A DNA stretch of 64,000 nt from Mytilus edulis (GCF_963676685.1 NC_092355.1:1798001-1862000); one strand, 5' to 3'. Positions 1 through 15,019 are shown, numbered from the stretch's first letter. Notes: generated from the sequence alone by a model not told the origin. Made by a program: numbers and translations.

Positions 1-508
1 CTTCTTCTGTATGTTTAGTACAGTCAGAGTTTTGTGGTTCTCGCGTTGATTCAACCATAGCATTCTGGTGAAATTCAAAACAGGAGAATGAATGGAAAAG
101 TGTTCAATAAATGTTTTTCTTTCATTCATGTATCATTAAATTAGTGCCGATGTTGAATTTTCCTTCGTTATTGATTTTTATTGTATTTTATTAAATAAGA
201 ATTGATAAACATCCATACGTCACATGATTCATTCTTATGCTTAATCTACTATAAAAAAAAACAGGATGAAAAGACAATATATCTATTTTAAATGCAAAAC
301 AAACTATACGCAGGTTGAAAAATTAAGTATGATGTGATTGGTAATGAATAAAAATAATACTTCATAAATTATTTGCATTCGATTCGCTTCACTGAATTAT
401 TTTTATCATGAACAGGAGCACTTCTAGTCAAATGTTTGAAAGTTAGGGGTGAACATCATGAATAAAACACGTAAACAGATTTAACAGCTGTATATCTATT
501 TTGATCTG

Positions 509-552
509 AGCAGCACTGGTGAGTCTTATGTAGACGAAAAGCGCGTCTGACG
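509..552 (+). ncRNA. Degenerate type I hammerhead ribozyme copy
   Basis: CTGGTGAG-TCT-TATGT-AGAC-GAAA-AGCGCG-TC-TGACG. Same family as the 20385 copy, but the core CUGAUGA is mutated to CUGGUGA. Confidence 0.55.
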
Positions 553-1244
553 TATTTAATTAAAACCTGGTACATTTGATTACATTTTCACAGTTCCAAT
601 GCTAATCTAATAGCAAAATAAATAATCCTTTAGGACCTTCAAATGAACACTTACATGATGATAACAAAGAAGGAAAGACACATGTGATATCAAAATCAAT
701 TATGACTTAAAAAAATTAAAAAGTGAGATTTATTGATACATCCACATTATCATATACGTTACAAATGCACGACCAACAAGAACCACAGAAATCGGTTAAT
801 TATTGATACATTAAAATGAGTATAAAATGGCATAAAAAATGTAGACAATACAATACAATACTAAAAGTTGTTTTTTTTAACTTTTTGCTTCTGAAATCAA
901 GATAAAACGAAAATATTCAATCACAATTGATGAAATCAATTAATCATGTTAATGAACACAGATTAGTGGGCAATAAATCAAATCGACAAGTTAAGAGATG
1001 CTATTTGATTTTTAATATCTTACAATTTCTGTTTTAGTAGGTTTACCATCCAATTCAATTGTCCTGGTCTTTGTTTGTGTTCTCCCATCGGGATTTTCGA
1101 AGGTTTCCTCAACTTTAACAGTGGTTTTCCATATACCATTAACTGATTTAGATTCGCTGCTCCATTTTGTAGAAGTCATCGACATTATATTAGATTATAT
1201 TTTCTGGAAGATCCCTAAAGAAGTAAACTATCAATTGATATTAA

Positions 1245-1488
1245 GGAGGTACCAAACACCTGGACTAATTTTAATCTGGCTAGTTTAATTTTCATAAAAA
1301 TCTGACAAAATATTTTTATTGGCCCATTAATAAAAATATAATATTGAACCACATACTTTATCGGACATTTTTATCGGATATATAGTAGATTGAAAAACAC
1401 AAGCTTTGATCGTTTTGAAGCTCCTCAACAATAGCATTTATTCAACTGATTTTCACAAAGTTATCTCTATGTAGTGTTATGTTCCACC
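1245..1488. mobile_element. Short non-autonomous DNA element with TTAA flanks (Kolobok-like)
   Basis: TTAA|GGAGGTACCAAACAC...GTGTTATGTTCCACC|TTAA imperfect inverted ends. A related inverted copy lies at ~24088-24363. Confidence 0.45.
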
Positions 1489-3193
1489 TTAAGTCGTGCG
1501 ACACAATAATATGGACAGATATTTAATTCCGATCGATATTGGTAATTTATCGCTTCGGGCATTTTTTCTCCTAAATCTTGTTAAATTGTTTGATGGTTGA
1601 AACTGGAATCAGTCTATGAAAATACAAACTATCTCTGGCTTGAAAAAAAAATATTTACACATGCAGAAGTGCAATTTTTTAAAGTTATTTCAACATTTAC
1701 ACGACGGATGCCACACGTGGAGCAGTTCTTTAGTTGTATATGTTGTGGCATGTGTACTATTGTTTGCTTGTTTGTCTTTTTCTTTTTTGCCATGGCGTTG
1801 TCAGTTTATTTTCGATTAATGAGGTTGACTGTCCCTCTGGTATTTTTGTCCCTTTTTTATAGCACACATCGAACAAACGGATACATTTATCTGTGTCCTG
1901 AGCATATTTATTGAATATTTAACTGTGACTTTTCACAGAGACATGTATACGTCTTTATTGACACATATTTTGAAAAGAGTAAAAAAACAATAATCCGTTG
2001 TTCCAACATATTAATTAATAAATATAAACGCTACACCATACACTTACCTGATTATTAACTATAACAACACCGATGTTCGGTACAATGCAGTTCGAAATTG
2101 TTATAGACGCGCATTTATATAACATAGTCTATAGATGCAGTTCCAAGAATTAAATATGAACTCTGGAATATAACTGCGATTTCGATTTGAATGTTTTATG
2201 CATTTTCTAGGGGATATTTATGCTGAAGAAGTATAGATGTTTAATCACGCATATACAATTTTTAATTATAATATATGAAGATAAATCATCAATTGTTGGA
2301 AAATGGTAAGCATGACCTGACTCTGTATACACAGAATTGAAACATGAAAAGATGGTGTTTACTCCATTATAACTAGTAAATAAACCTATGATATATAAAT
2401 ATAGAATTAGATTATCTGTATTGTAGAATATCATATAATATGCATTTGTGAGTTTACACTGATTTTTTTATTTCTAATATTATATTGACGGTACACCGGT
2501 ATGTTTTTGTATCAGTACAGTGTTTTGTGTAGTTCCGTTGTTTTCCAATGATAGTTACATGTAATGTGTTTCCCTCGGTTTTGGTTTGAAGCTTAGATTC
2601 GTTTTTTCTCTAAATCCAGTTATGAAAAGCGGTATACTATTGTTGTCTATATTAACAGGCCATTGAAATTTCAACAAAAAATGTTAACCCAATTTAGTTT
2701 AATGATAGTTAATTGATACAAGTTTGCATTAGTACGATTTTTTTGTTAAAGATAATTCATATAATATCATGTCACTAAAGTCAGAGGGTAATGGATATAA
2801 TAGTTATTAAACCAATCAAATAATATTATTAAATAAAAAACACATTACATCGCCAAGTGTCTTAAAGGAAAGAAAGCCGAACTTAGGTCATAAATTAATA
2901 TGTCGGTTATGAAAAAAAAAATCACGTTAACGATCGCCGTACAAACTCTTTTCCAATTAACTCATTATTGTATAACCTTTAAATTTTACTCAGAAATTTG
3001 AAGAACATTTTCCTTTTATAGTAATACGACGCAAAAGAAAATTCGTAACAGAAAGAAAAAACAACAGAAAACAACAATTAATAGTGTATTCATATATTTC
3101 ATCAGGAAATAAAATAGATTTTATTGAATGTAAAATCTTTCGGCATTGCCATAAATAAATATATACAAATTCGCTGATACAAGACATATAATT

Positions 3194-3339
3194 GAGGCTC
3201 CCACAGGGTACCCCCCTCAGGTCGCAAGGTCGCTTTCAAATTTTACAGGTCGCAGGTCGTTTTAAGAAGGCCCTCAGGTCAGAAGTCGCCTCTAAAAAGC
3301 CCAGAGGTCGCAGGTCGTTTTTGATCCTGCGGGAGCCTC
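3194..3339. mobile_element. 146-bp MITE
   Basis: TIRs GAGGCTCCCACAGG / CCTGCGGGAGCCTC, ATAATT on both flanks, internal AGGTCG repeats. Confidence 0.7.
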
Positions 3340-4531
3340 ATAATTATCCAGATAGTATTCAAATGTGTTCAATAGGTTATTTACTTCACTGATTTCATTC
3401 AGCTTTAAATGCTCTGTCAAGTGACTTTCCAATATATAATAATTTATTCAAAATGAACATTTGATTAACGTCGGACAGAAAATGATTTCAATATTTTAGT
3501 ACACGAGTATTCAAACAAATTAACGTGTGTCATATAAATGTTTCAAATTTTCTACAGATCATTTTCAATTCATTATAAACTCAACAACGTGTTACCATCA
3601 TGCACATCTCTAATGTGCACCTTAGGAAGTTTCAACACATTTATAATATTTTCAAAATCGATGAATTGCTGACTGTTGGTTTTTTTTTTTATTTAAAGTT
3701 TAAAAATTGTATTCATCGAATAATTATATATTGCAAAATCAAAATTAAAGTTATAGCATCTATAATCAAACTTTGACCAATAATTAACAGTAAGTAGAAT
3801 GTTGACAGATGGAAAATATCCTAAAATACCGTATATTCGCAAATTGAAAATATAATATATAACTTAATATTATACCTTACATCGTTAGTTTTCAGGCTCA
3901 CTCGATTTATAAAGGCTTTTACCTATACATGATAATTTTTACCGTGTTTCGCGTTTTGTAAAACGTAACCATGGTAACGGAAATGTTCATACTGCATTCC
4001 ATCTCTTATGCATGTAGTTAACAAATGTCAGGTGACTGATGCAACCTTCTACAATTTTTTAGTTTTGGTTTAAATATATAATATTTTTTTAAGTTATTAA
4101 TATGATAATGTACTAATATTGATGGATACCTAGAAAAAATCAAAGACAGACATGTCTTATTTCATCATTTTATTTAATTATAGACTGTATATACCTCAAT
4201 CATTTTTTATCTTTGCTTTTTGTGTATTTTTGCACAGCATGTACTGATTTTGTGTCAAGCATGGATACCCTATTTAATATCCTTTTCTATTATATTAATA
4301 AAACCTAAAATCACAAAACAATCCGAGCAAAAGTCATCGTGGAAGCCGCTAATCAAAGCTCAAACAAATAAAATGAACGGATACTACATGTACTAACTGT
4401 CATTTTTCTAACCTGGTCAATGTTTTTGTTAGATGTATTTATATTTGTATCCATCCGATGAGTTCAGTCTTTTTCATTTGAATTCAAAAGTTTTTTCTTA
4501 TGGTGTACTGTTACATCACTGTCTCAGGTAA

Positions 4532-5251
4532 TGCGGGGTTCACACATTGCCGATTATTACTCCCGTTTGAGATCAGACAGCGATACGACACGAAAAGTGA
4601 AAAAGTCGGATTAGTATCCTCAATTATCTGGAATGTCCTATTATTGTCTGAACGCAGTCGTTTTAGTTCGTAACAGATTCCTACTGGTCGGGAAGGATCC
4701 GAATAGTTCGGCAAAGCACCCCGACAGTTAGGTGCGTCCCGTAACATTCGGGGAAACTCAGCCGATTTTGTCTAGTCGTATTACAATCGTGCCTATGTCG
4801 TGACAGATTCTGCTGTATCGGATCGAATTCCTAACAATGTTCTGTGTATTCGGGACGGTGTCCTGTGGAACGGGAATGATCTGGAGAAATTTGTTCGAAC
4901 GGATAACTTCCGTCAGCGTCGGATCACTGTCTTGTCACTATCTGATCTCTGTCGTATTACATTCGGTAGAATCGGGACGCAGTCGTGACAGACTCGGTCG
5001 AATTTTACCTGGCGAAAGATAAAAATCGGATTAGAAGCGAATTTAGAACGGGATTATCGGGATAAATTCGCTTGGAAACGGTTGAATATCGACGCTTCCT
5101 GAACAATATCTGATTGTTGTCGTGATTAAATTTTTAAAGTTTAAATTTACATCCACGATTCATAGGATCTTGATCAGACTTTTGATAAATTTTAATCGGG
5201 AATGGTCCTGTCAAGGACGGCAGTAAAAATCGTGAATGTGTGACCCCAGCT
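4532..5251. mobile_element. Non-autonomous TIR element (PIF/Harbinger-like)
   Basis: Imperfect ~40-bp TIRs (GCGGGGTTCACACATTGCCGATTATTACT / AGTAAAAATCGTGAATGTGTGACCCCAGC), TAA flanks, GC/CpG-richer interior with no credible ORF. Confidence 0.6.
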
Positions 5252-5988
5252 TAACGGAAGTTTTGGGATCCCGCTAACATGTTTAACCTGTCCAAAAATG
5301 TGGCAATATAGCCGTGCCTGTTGTATTTATTTCTTCTAATTCTAGGGAATAAAGTAATAAAATCAAATCAGGAAAGTATGTATTGTTGATTAAAAAATCA
5401 TCATCAGTATATCTGAATGTGAAATTTAAGGATCCGGCTTTTTTTATCTTCTTGTTTTAAACAAGTTTCTGAAGAAACTGCGACTCAAATGCAATAATAG
5501 GAGGTAGGGTATACAAGGAGAGGCGCAAAGTTCGTTCTCACATGAATGCCGACAGTTTGTTGAAAAAATATATCCAAATCAAACAAATATTGTATCAATA
5601 AGAAATGAAAGCATACTGATAATTGTTCTTCTGTGGTGCACGTTTTTTTTTCTTCTTTTCATTCACTATCAACAAAATATACTATATGGTATTTCAAAGT
5701 TATAAATTTAAAGCGTATGGTACCATTTTGATGTTGAAAAGAATTTTGGGTTATTTCTTTCAGACTATCTAAATTTCACATGGGCAATGGTTGCAAACAG
5801 GGTTCAAAAATCAGAAGTCTTGATAGAACTCATTTCAAAAAAAGATAGAGATTAAAAATTCTTCACAAGTTCTAAAGAGTGTTTTAAATATTATAAAGGT
5901 TGATACCACGACGCAAGTAAACAGTTTCACTGTATTTCTGAAGACCATCTTTCAAATATAAATTAACTGTTAACAACACTTTGAATTG

Positions 5989-6255
5989 TTATGCCCCACC
6001 TACGAAAGTAGAGGGGCATTATGTTTTCTGGTCTGTGCCTCCGTCCGTGTGTCCGTTCGCTTCAGGTTAAAGTTTTTGGTCAAGGTATTTTTGATGAAGT
6101 TAAAGTCCAATCAACTTGAAACTTAGTACACATGTTCCCCATGATATGATCGTTCTAATTTCTAATTAAAGATTTGACCCCAATTTCAGGGTCCACTGAA
6201 CATAGAAAATGATAGTGCGAGTGGGGCATCCGTGTACTATGGACACATTCTTGTT
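5989..6255 (+). mobile_element. Helentron-associated non-autonomous element (HINE/DINE-like)
   Basis: 5' ATGCCCC..GGGGCAT inverted pair, (CCGT)-type microsatellite, 3' GGGGCAT plus small hairpin and T-rich end. Confidence 0.55.
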
Positions 6256-6261
6256 AAAATA

Positions 6262-7135
6262 CTAATCTCAGGAATAGATTACCTTAGCTGTATTTGGCAA
6301 AATGTTTGGGAATTTTTAGTCCTCATTGATCTTCAACTTCGTACTTTGTTTGGAATTTTTTACATTTTTTTTTATTCGAGCGTCACTGATGCGTTTTTTG
6401 TAGATAAAACGCGTCTCAGGCGATAATATAGAAAGTCAATACTTGTATCTCTGATGAGTTTATTTGCCACCCCTGGTCGATGTTACTGCTGGTGGAGTTT
6501 TAATTCCCCGAGAGTATCACCAGCCCAGTAGTCATCACTTCTGTGTTGACTTGAGGTATCATTGATATGTTCATAAATATGAATTAACTGTTAACAAAAC
6601 TTTGAAATTTGGAAATACTAGGCTTCTCTACCTCAGGAATAGATTTCCTTACATTGTAGTTGTATTTGGCAAAATTTGGGGACTTTTTGGTTCTCAATGC
6701 TCTTCATCTTCATTCCTTATTTGACATTTTTGACATTGTTTTATTCGAGCGTCACTGATGAGTCTTGTGTAGATGAAACGAGCCTCAGGCGTAAATATAA
6801 AATTTCAATCCTGATTTCTCTAACGAGTATATTTACAACCATTGGGTCGATGCCACTTATGGTTGAGTTTTGATTCCACGATGGTATCAACAGCCTAGTA
6901 GTCAGCACTTCTGTGTTGACTTGCATAATCATTGATATGTTCATACTCTTGAAATAACTTGAAATACTACACTTTTCTATCTCAGGGAAAGATTACCTTA
7001 TCTTTATTTGGCAAAATTTTATGAATTATCGGTCCGCAATGCTCTTCAACTTGTACTTTTTATGGCCTTTTTGACATTTTATGAGTTGAGCGTCACTGAT
7101 GAGTCTTTTGTAGATTAAAAGAACGTCTGGTGTAA
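6262..7135 (+). repeat. About 2.5 tandem 340-370-bp units, each with a hammerhead ribozyme motif (retrozyme/Penelope-like)
   Basis: GAGCGTCACTGATG(A/C)GT..TGTAGA motifs at ~6378, ~6747 and ~7088, with the sequence between them repeated. Confidence 0.75.
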
Positions 7136-8138
7136 CTCCAGAGTTTTTGTCAATTTAATGGCCGATTATGTAGTGACCATGCAGAAGAGCCAGCAATGTA
7201 CTGTTGTTTTCACGGAATTTTGTAACGCTTAGAAATCCAATACAAACAAAGTTAGTTCTCAGATTTGCTTTTCGATGTAATGTTCACTGAAGCCATGAAG
7301 AACTTATGATTATAATATTCTCGGTAAAGTCTTAAGATGGAAGGATTATTACTATGAGAAGGCAGTAGATAAATATCTTTCTCTCAAATGATATGAATAA
7401 ACAACTGAATTTAGAGTTTTCACAGAATTAAAATCATTTCAAAATATAACAGTCTATTTATAATAGTTTAGTATAGGTTTATATGATGTGTATATTATGT
7501 AAATTTTATCGGTAAACACTATTAAAATTCAAAGTGACTAAATGAATTTGTGTTCTAGAGTAGATAAAAAAACATAATAAATCAGTTTCGAAAAATTAAC
7601 AAGTTGCATTTATCAGGGTCTATTAGTAAAACATTAGCAAATATCATTCTTTTACTTGTAGCATACACATTTTGTTGGGAAAAAAATAAAATTACATGTA
7701 TATGTATATCACCGTGACAATTCTGTAAATAATATTTTCTGTGCTCTTCAAAACAAACAATTGAATGATTTTTTTCGATTAATATTACAAGAACAACACT
7801 TTCCTTTTTATCATATATCTTCAAAGGCAATAGAGGATTTTTTATTTTTGATACTTTTATTTTTATGAGTGAATTTGAAAATATTTTCATACAAAATGGC
7901 GATTTAATTGAAAAATTAGAGGGCAAAATTTAAGTTTTACTGAGCTAGTTGAAAATTGTTTTCCTCCTTTACTGCAAAGTTCATTTTTCATCATATCCTT
8001 TTGGTCATGCTCTGGTATTTTTTCACATCCTGTTATTTTTTTTTTATTAATTTTTGGAGCTTATGTTTAGAATAAATAAAATAATTTAGAAGCTTCCGTT
8101 GAAACTGCGTAATTTGTTCTAATTATTAAATTATTTAA

Positions 8139-8681
8139 GGAGGCTCGCAGATATAAATCTTTTTTTTTAGATATAGTATTGTGCTATTTTTTTCTATAAA
8201 TGAACTTCATCATATAAAAAAAATAAAATAAGAAAAGGGGTCACCGTCTTTTCAATCTCACAATCTGCCTTCAAAAGAAGCATGCATTTTTGTTTTGGAT
8301 TTTTTGTTTTGTTGAGCTATTAGAAGAAAAATATTAGGTTATATCGAAAATAACAAAACAACCAAAAATGCAGAAATCGCTCTAATTTTACAATTATTTA
8401 GTTTCAGTACAGCTTATTTGAAAATAATTGTAAAAACGTATAGGTCACCGATGATAAAAAAAAAAGATATTTCAATTTCAATGCAAAAAAAAGGAGATTA
8501 CTCTGGAGCTTTTTCAATGATATAAAAATTATAAAAATCATCTGGGGCCAAAACGAATCCAGATTTTTGGTTGAGTGTTGTAGCAGTCATAAAGAAACAA
8601 TTAATAGTGTAATACATAAATTTTATAATAAAAACAAATATGTTTAAATGTTTTTAGAACTTTTTATGCCCTCGAACCTCC
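8139..8681. mobile_element. Non-autonomous Kolobok-like DNA transposon
   Basis: TTAA|GGAGGCTCG...CGAACCTCC|TTAA: inverted ends and a TTAA target duplication. Confidence 0.65.
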
Positions 8682-10334
8682 TTAAATGATTTTAGCAATA
8701 TCCGTCGTTTTAAAAGACGCAATTTATTTTGATACTCATTAATATTATATTATAGACAAGATTCATCCAGCATAACTTAAAGAATAAAGCTTTAAAATCT
8801 ACTGAATAAAGACTGTAAATTCAGTATACTAAAAATATCTTTCAAACAATTTGAATATTTAAAAAATAAATAAATTGGTCATCCCATTAACTTTCTTTTT
8901 ATATAAAGAAATCCAAAATAGTTCAATTTATCATCGCAAATGTCAATTTTACGCTATCTGAACTTTGAAAAAGGAAATTAAAAAAAAAATGAACATTTAA
9001 AGCACAATTCTGTTAACATCCGGATTAATGACAATTGACCAAATTTATTTCTTCACTACAAATATTTATAATTTAAATTTGTTCACAGTTTGATAGATTT
9101 GAAAATTATCAGAAAAGTCCCATTTCGTAAAATTAAACATTGTTGTTGAAAAAATACAAAGCTTTACAACTAACTGTATAACTTTATGTAAAGTCATTGA
9201 GGGAAAAAGTGTTAGACAATTTTAAAATAAACTCAGATATAAGTAAAATTATTGGAGAATTCACGTCTGTAATAAACAATTAACCACAGGTATGAAGAAA
9301 AGGTTATTCTGAATATTCATTGTAATAGCATGTTATTTGTAAGTGTGACTGTATTTATGACTGTGTTGTAGTAATAAAGCCACATTTTATCCATTAATTA
9401 TATTTAGAACACTATACAATGTGCGACATATAATATATTACGTGTAATTGAGCATTTATCTTATATTCTACTTAAGTAAGATAAAAAGGCAGGTAAAACC
9501 GGCACTTAATGAAATGTTTACACCAAACGCTTTGGTCTCATCTTTATTTGAATGTCCGTCACGTTTCGTAAGTGTAATCAACTAATTCAATGTAACCTAC
9601 ACGCTCGTTAATCTGCACGCCGTGACATGTTTTTGTTATTGCATCTTTCTGCAGTCAGTGTTGTACATACCATACACCGAAGTATATAAAAAAGAAGATG
9701 TGGTATGATTGCCAATAAGACTCCACAAAAGACCAAAATGACACAGACATTAACAACTATAGGTCACCGTACACCCATAACAATGAGCAAAGTTCATACC
9801 ATATTGTCAGCTAAAAAGGCCCCGATAAGACAATGTAAAACAATTCAAGCGAGAAAACTAACGGCCTTATTTATGTAAACAAAAAATATGTAACATATAC
9901 AGAAACGACAACCACTGAATTACAGGCTCCTGACTTGGGACAGGCACATACATAAATAATGTGGCGGGGTTAAACATGTTAGTATGTCTGTAATAGTAAT
10001 GCCCGAACTTTAAAAATATAGCTGTGTTTAATATCAGTGAATTACCTTAATACAGAAGACACGCATGATATATGATGAAAGTAACGCATTTCGTTTCTGA
10101 ATAAATATCAACTGCCTTTTTTGTTATATTACGATGACATTGTCTTTCGTATTGAATAAAAAACAAAGAAGAAAAAATCAAAATTGAAATGTTAAGGTTT
10201 AAGGAAATGAAACAAAGCGAGGAAATTTCGCTTCCTTGTTTTCTTTTCAGTGAAACTTTTTTTTTAAATACAACACGCACCTATAGCTATTTGCATAGAT
10301 AAGACTGACCAGTGGCGCTCAAATTAAATTGCTT

Positions 10335-11430
10335 TAATTGCTTTGACAAAAAAGAATGGCCAACGTAGATACAAGTATCTTGTCTTAGAGGGGATCAATC
10401 CTACTTTGTAAAGGATCACTCTGATTCGAACAAACAATTCTCTAAAACTGATATTATCAAGATGCTTGATTTCTTGATTGACAACATATTTGTTACGTTC
10501 GGAGGACGTGTTTTTCAACAGACTGTCGTCTTTCCAATAGAAACAAACTGTGCCCCTTTACTTGCCAACTTGTTTCTTTATTATTATGAGGTTGAATTCA
10601 TGCAGGAACTTCTTAGGAAGAAAGATAAGAAGTTAGAAATATCATTTAACTCTACTTTTCGCTATATAGATGATGTTCTTTCACTAAATAATTCAAACTT
10701 TGGTGACTATGTGGAACGCATCTATCCAATCGAGCTAGAGATAAAGGATACTACAGATACAGTTAAGTCGGCCTCATATCTTGACTTACATCTAGAAATT
10801 GACAATGAGGGTCGGTTGAAAACAAAACTTTACGACAAAAGAGATGATTTCAGCTTTCCAATTGTGAACTTTCCATTTCTAAGTAGCAACATTCCAGCAG
10901 CACCTGCATACGGGGTATATATCTCCCAATTGATACGATATTCCCGTACTTGCATTTCCTATCATGATTTTCTTGATAGAGGGTTGCTGCTCACAAGGAA
11001 GCTATTAAACCAAGAGTTCCAAATGGTGAAGTTGAAATAATACCTTCGTAAATTTTACGGACGCCATCACGAGTTGGTTGACCATTATGGAATAACCGTT
11101 TCACACATGATATCGGATATGTTCCTTATGTCGTAACTACAATCCCCTTCCCTTTCGTGAATGTGACCTACCGAATTAGACTATTTACCGGATTTGTTAT
11201 CACATAAGCAACACGACGGGTGCCGTATGTGGAGCAGGATCTGTTACCCTTCCGGAGCACCTGATATCACCCCTAGTTTTTGGTGGGGTTCGTGTTGTTT
11301 ATTCTTTAGTTTTCTATGTTGTGTCGTGTGTGCTGTTGTTTGTTTGTCTTTTTCATTTTTAGCCTTGCGTTGTCAGTTTGTTTTAGATTTATGAGTTTGA
11401 CTGTCCCTTTGGTATCTTTCGTCCCTCTTT
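10335..11430 (+). mobile_element. 5'-truncated Penelope-like retroelement (RT C-terminal part plus 3' tail)
   Basis: ORF 10462-11040 has NCAPLLANLFL, FRYIDD, YLDL and YDKRDDF..NFPFLSSNIP..AYGVYISQLIRY. Premature stop at 11038-11040 relative to the copy at 58752-59117. Confidence 0.85.
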
Positions 11431-12626
11431 TAAAATAGTAGAAATGTCAAGTGAAGAACAAAATAGAAGGGTTTCGCAAACTTTTTTTTCAATTGTGGAA
11501 AATATGGCTGATGTTATGAATAAAAACAAAATTAATTCAATTTATAGTTGTGTCAAAACATACATGCCGACTTCAAAGACTACCGATACCATAGCAAATA
11601 AATCCTTATTCATCAGTGAACCGTTATTCCTTATAAAATAGAGGCAAAGATATTAGAGGGACATTCACGCAGTAGCTCAAAAGGGAAAACAGACAATCAG
11701 TAGTGCACAAAACACAACATGGAAAACTAAAGGCTGAGCAACACACAACCTACTAAAATGGTGCAAGAGCAGGTGCTCCAGAAGGATGAGCAGGTTCTGC
11801 TCTATAAGTTGCACTCCCTAATTCAATGTTACATGTTATTTTTCTCCTATCTTATACACAGTTATAAATTGGCAGGGATAAAAATTAGACCGTTGGGTGT
11901 CCCGTTTGAATGGTTTTACACGTGTAAGGTGCCCTTTACAGCTTACTGTTCGATATGAGCGTAGGCTCCGCGTCGAAGACTGTACATTGACATATATTGG
12001 TTTACGTTTATGAACTGTGACATGAATGGCAATTTGTCTCATTGACACTCCTACCAGATCTTCACATATCTAAGGACAATACATTACAGAATTCTCAGAG
12101 AGATCAACATATCATTTCGGATAACCGAAATTAACTAAAATAACATGTTTTGATGGGGTTGTGTCCCTAGTACTTTGTGTAATGTTTGTATATTTCTTGT
12201 TATAAAAATGGATTCACTTTGATATCTACTCTTCGATTTAAATTGTTGCATCCTTAAAACATTGAACTCCAAGAAAAATTATAGACGGCAAGTTTCAAAG
12301 CATTTCACACTAAATGGATATGTTACAACTGTTATATTCTTGATTGGGTACAGATGTTTTCTTATGTAGAAAATGGTAGATTGAACCTGGTTTTAAAGCT
12401 TAACCTCTCACTAGTTCGACTTCCAACGTATTTTATATTTTACTTTTTCCTTATGTGAAATAGAGATAAATTTATTATGTAATGAACCAACTGTAGTTTT
12501 ATACACCAAACATTAATTTCAACACAAATCGGGCAGTTTCAGAAAATACACATTATATCACAAACATATCGTCTGATACACAATGTGTTTTCTATTGAAT
12601 CTTTGTCTTTCGTGATAATAGAGAAG

Positions 12627-12978
12627 AAAAGGGACAGTCAAACTCATAAATCTAAAACAAACTGGCAACGCCATGGCTAAAAATGAAAAAGACAACCAAA
12701 AAACAGCACACATGACACAACAAAGAAAACTAAAGAATAAACAACACGAACCCCCCAAAAAATTAAGTATGATCTCAGGTGCTCCGGAAGGGTAAACAGA
12801 TCCTGCTCCACATGTGGGACCCGTCGTGTTGCTTATGTGATAACAAATCCGGTAAATAGTCTGATTTGGTAGGTCACATTAATGAAAGGGAAGGGGATTG
12901 AAGTTACGACGTAAGGGACATATCCGCTATCATTTGTGAAACGGTTATTCCATAACGGTCAACAATATCGTGATGGCG
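12627..12978 (-). repeat. 3' tail fragment of the same Penelope-like family
   Basis: Reverse complement of ~11060-11410. Further tail fragments at ~1700-1855 (+), ~19690-19770, ~20870-21030 and ~21505-21787 (-). Confidence 0.8.
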
Positions 12979-15019
12979 TAGTAGATTACTTTTACCTTTA
13001 ACCCTAGTTTCATACAATGGGATGATAAAAGATAAACAATATGCTTGGAAACATCTTATAAGTCCGTTGACGTATATGTTAAGATATTGTAGCTTAAGGT
13101 CGAAACTGTTGACGCTATCAAATTAAAACAGCTTGCATTAGAACATGAACTTAAATTAAAAGAACTTGAAATGAAGGAAAGGTTGGAAATGGAGAAAATA
13201 AAAGAAAAAGAAGATGAATTTAAGTTAAAACAGGCAGAACTTGAAATGAGGGAAAGACTAGAGATGGAGAAACTGAAGATTGAAATGGTCAAAGAAGAAA
13301 GCAACACTAAAGTCCAGCTGAAATCAGAATATTTTGATGCAGCAAAAAATATACGTTTGGTTCCCAGATTTTGTGAAAAAACAGTCGATAAATATTTTCC
13401 ACAGTTTGAGAAAATTGCTCATAATTTGAATTGGCCAAAGCCATATTGGACTACAATGCTACAAAGTGTTTTCGAGGGTAAGGCCGCTGAAATATACTCC
13501 GTACTTCCATCAGAAAAAGTTTTGAAAGCTTATGAGCTCGTACCAGAAGCATATAGACAGACATTTAGATCTTATAAAAAGTTTGATTCGCAAACCTATG
13601 TGGAATTTGCTCGGGAAAAAAGAAGATCTATTTGATAAATGGCCCACTTCAAAGAAACAGATAACAATTTTGATAACCTAAGACAATTGATGTTATTAGA
13701 AGAGTTCAAACAATGTGTTCATTTAGACTTAAAAACACATTTAGACGACAAAACTGTTGGGACAATACATGATGCAGCTGTAATTTCAGATAAGTATACC
13801 CTTTCACATGAAAGAAGTTTCAAGAGTCAAAATGTTAATACTATAAGTGGAAATTACAAAAATCAAAGCACTGAGCGTATTGATAGTAAGCCTGTTTCAC
13901 AGAATAAGAGTCAGTCCAGTTATAATATGTCTAGTCCAAAATTTATTACTTTTGAGAAGAGGTCACTGATTTGTGCTTATTGTAAGAAAAATGGTGACCT
14001 GATGGCTGATTGTTTTAGACTCCAGAAGAAGAATGAACGAGATAATAAGCCGAAGTCCAGTGCTTGTACGACACCTTATATTACCAGTACGTTGGAATGT
14101 TCTGCGAGTCAGGCTTTTAAGTCCAGTTTTTGTGATTACACGGAGGCATATAAACCCTTTATGTCTGATGGGTTTGTTTCTATTGATGATGATACCACTC
14201 TTCAACCTATTAAGATTTTACGGGACACTGGAGCTTCTCAGTCTTTATTGTTAGAAGGTGTGTTGCCTTTGTCGGAGAAGACTTCTGTTGGTGCCTCCGT
14301 TTTGTTACAAAGTGTGAGTTAGGTTGTATAGATGTTCCTCTCCATCGTATTTATCTGAAGTCAGATTTGATAACTGGACCAGTTATTATGGGTGTTCGTT
14401 CTAATCTCCCTGTTGAGGGTGTTACATTATTGCTAGGAAATTATCTAGCTAGGAACAAAGTGGTTGCTGAACCAATTTTTACCAATGAACCAGTGGTGGA
14501 TGTTAAATCACCTGAAGATGATGCTGAATTGTATCCAGCTTGTGTTGTCACTATGGCGATGGCTAGAAACAAACAAGTTGAGTATTTGCAAGAAAACCAG
14601 TTTGATTACATGGACCTTTCCTGACACTTTCCTAGCCGACATTGAAGGTCATGGTAGTTCAGAAAAGGCCATAATAAAACCACCTAATGTTAACAAGAAT
14701 GTATTTATGCCATGGCCAGACGTCAACAGTCATTCATTAAACAGAAAAAACCTTTTCGAAGAACAAAATAAAGACCCTGAGGTTTTTCAGCTCCGCAAGA
14801 GGGCTCAACCACAGGAGGAAGCAGACAAAGTGGCTGAATGTTGTTTCTATCAGGACGGCATTTTAATGAGGAAGTGGAGGCCTCTTGATGCTACCGCAGA
14901 GGAGGAATGGAGACTGGTATACCAAGTGGTGGTGGCTAAAGTTTATAGGCAAGAAATTATTGGTCTTGCCCATGGCACCCCCTTGGCTGGACACTTAGGT
15001 ATTAGGAAGACTTGCCTTT

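Noticed and set aside
1597-12758. Short ORFs such as 1597-1914, 11194-11394, 12558-12758 and many antisense ORFs within TE genes
   Set aside because: They are translations of repeat tails, AT-rich noise or shadows of real ORFs on the other strand.
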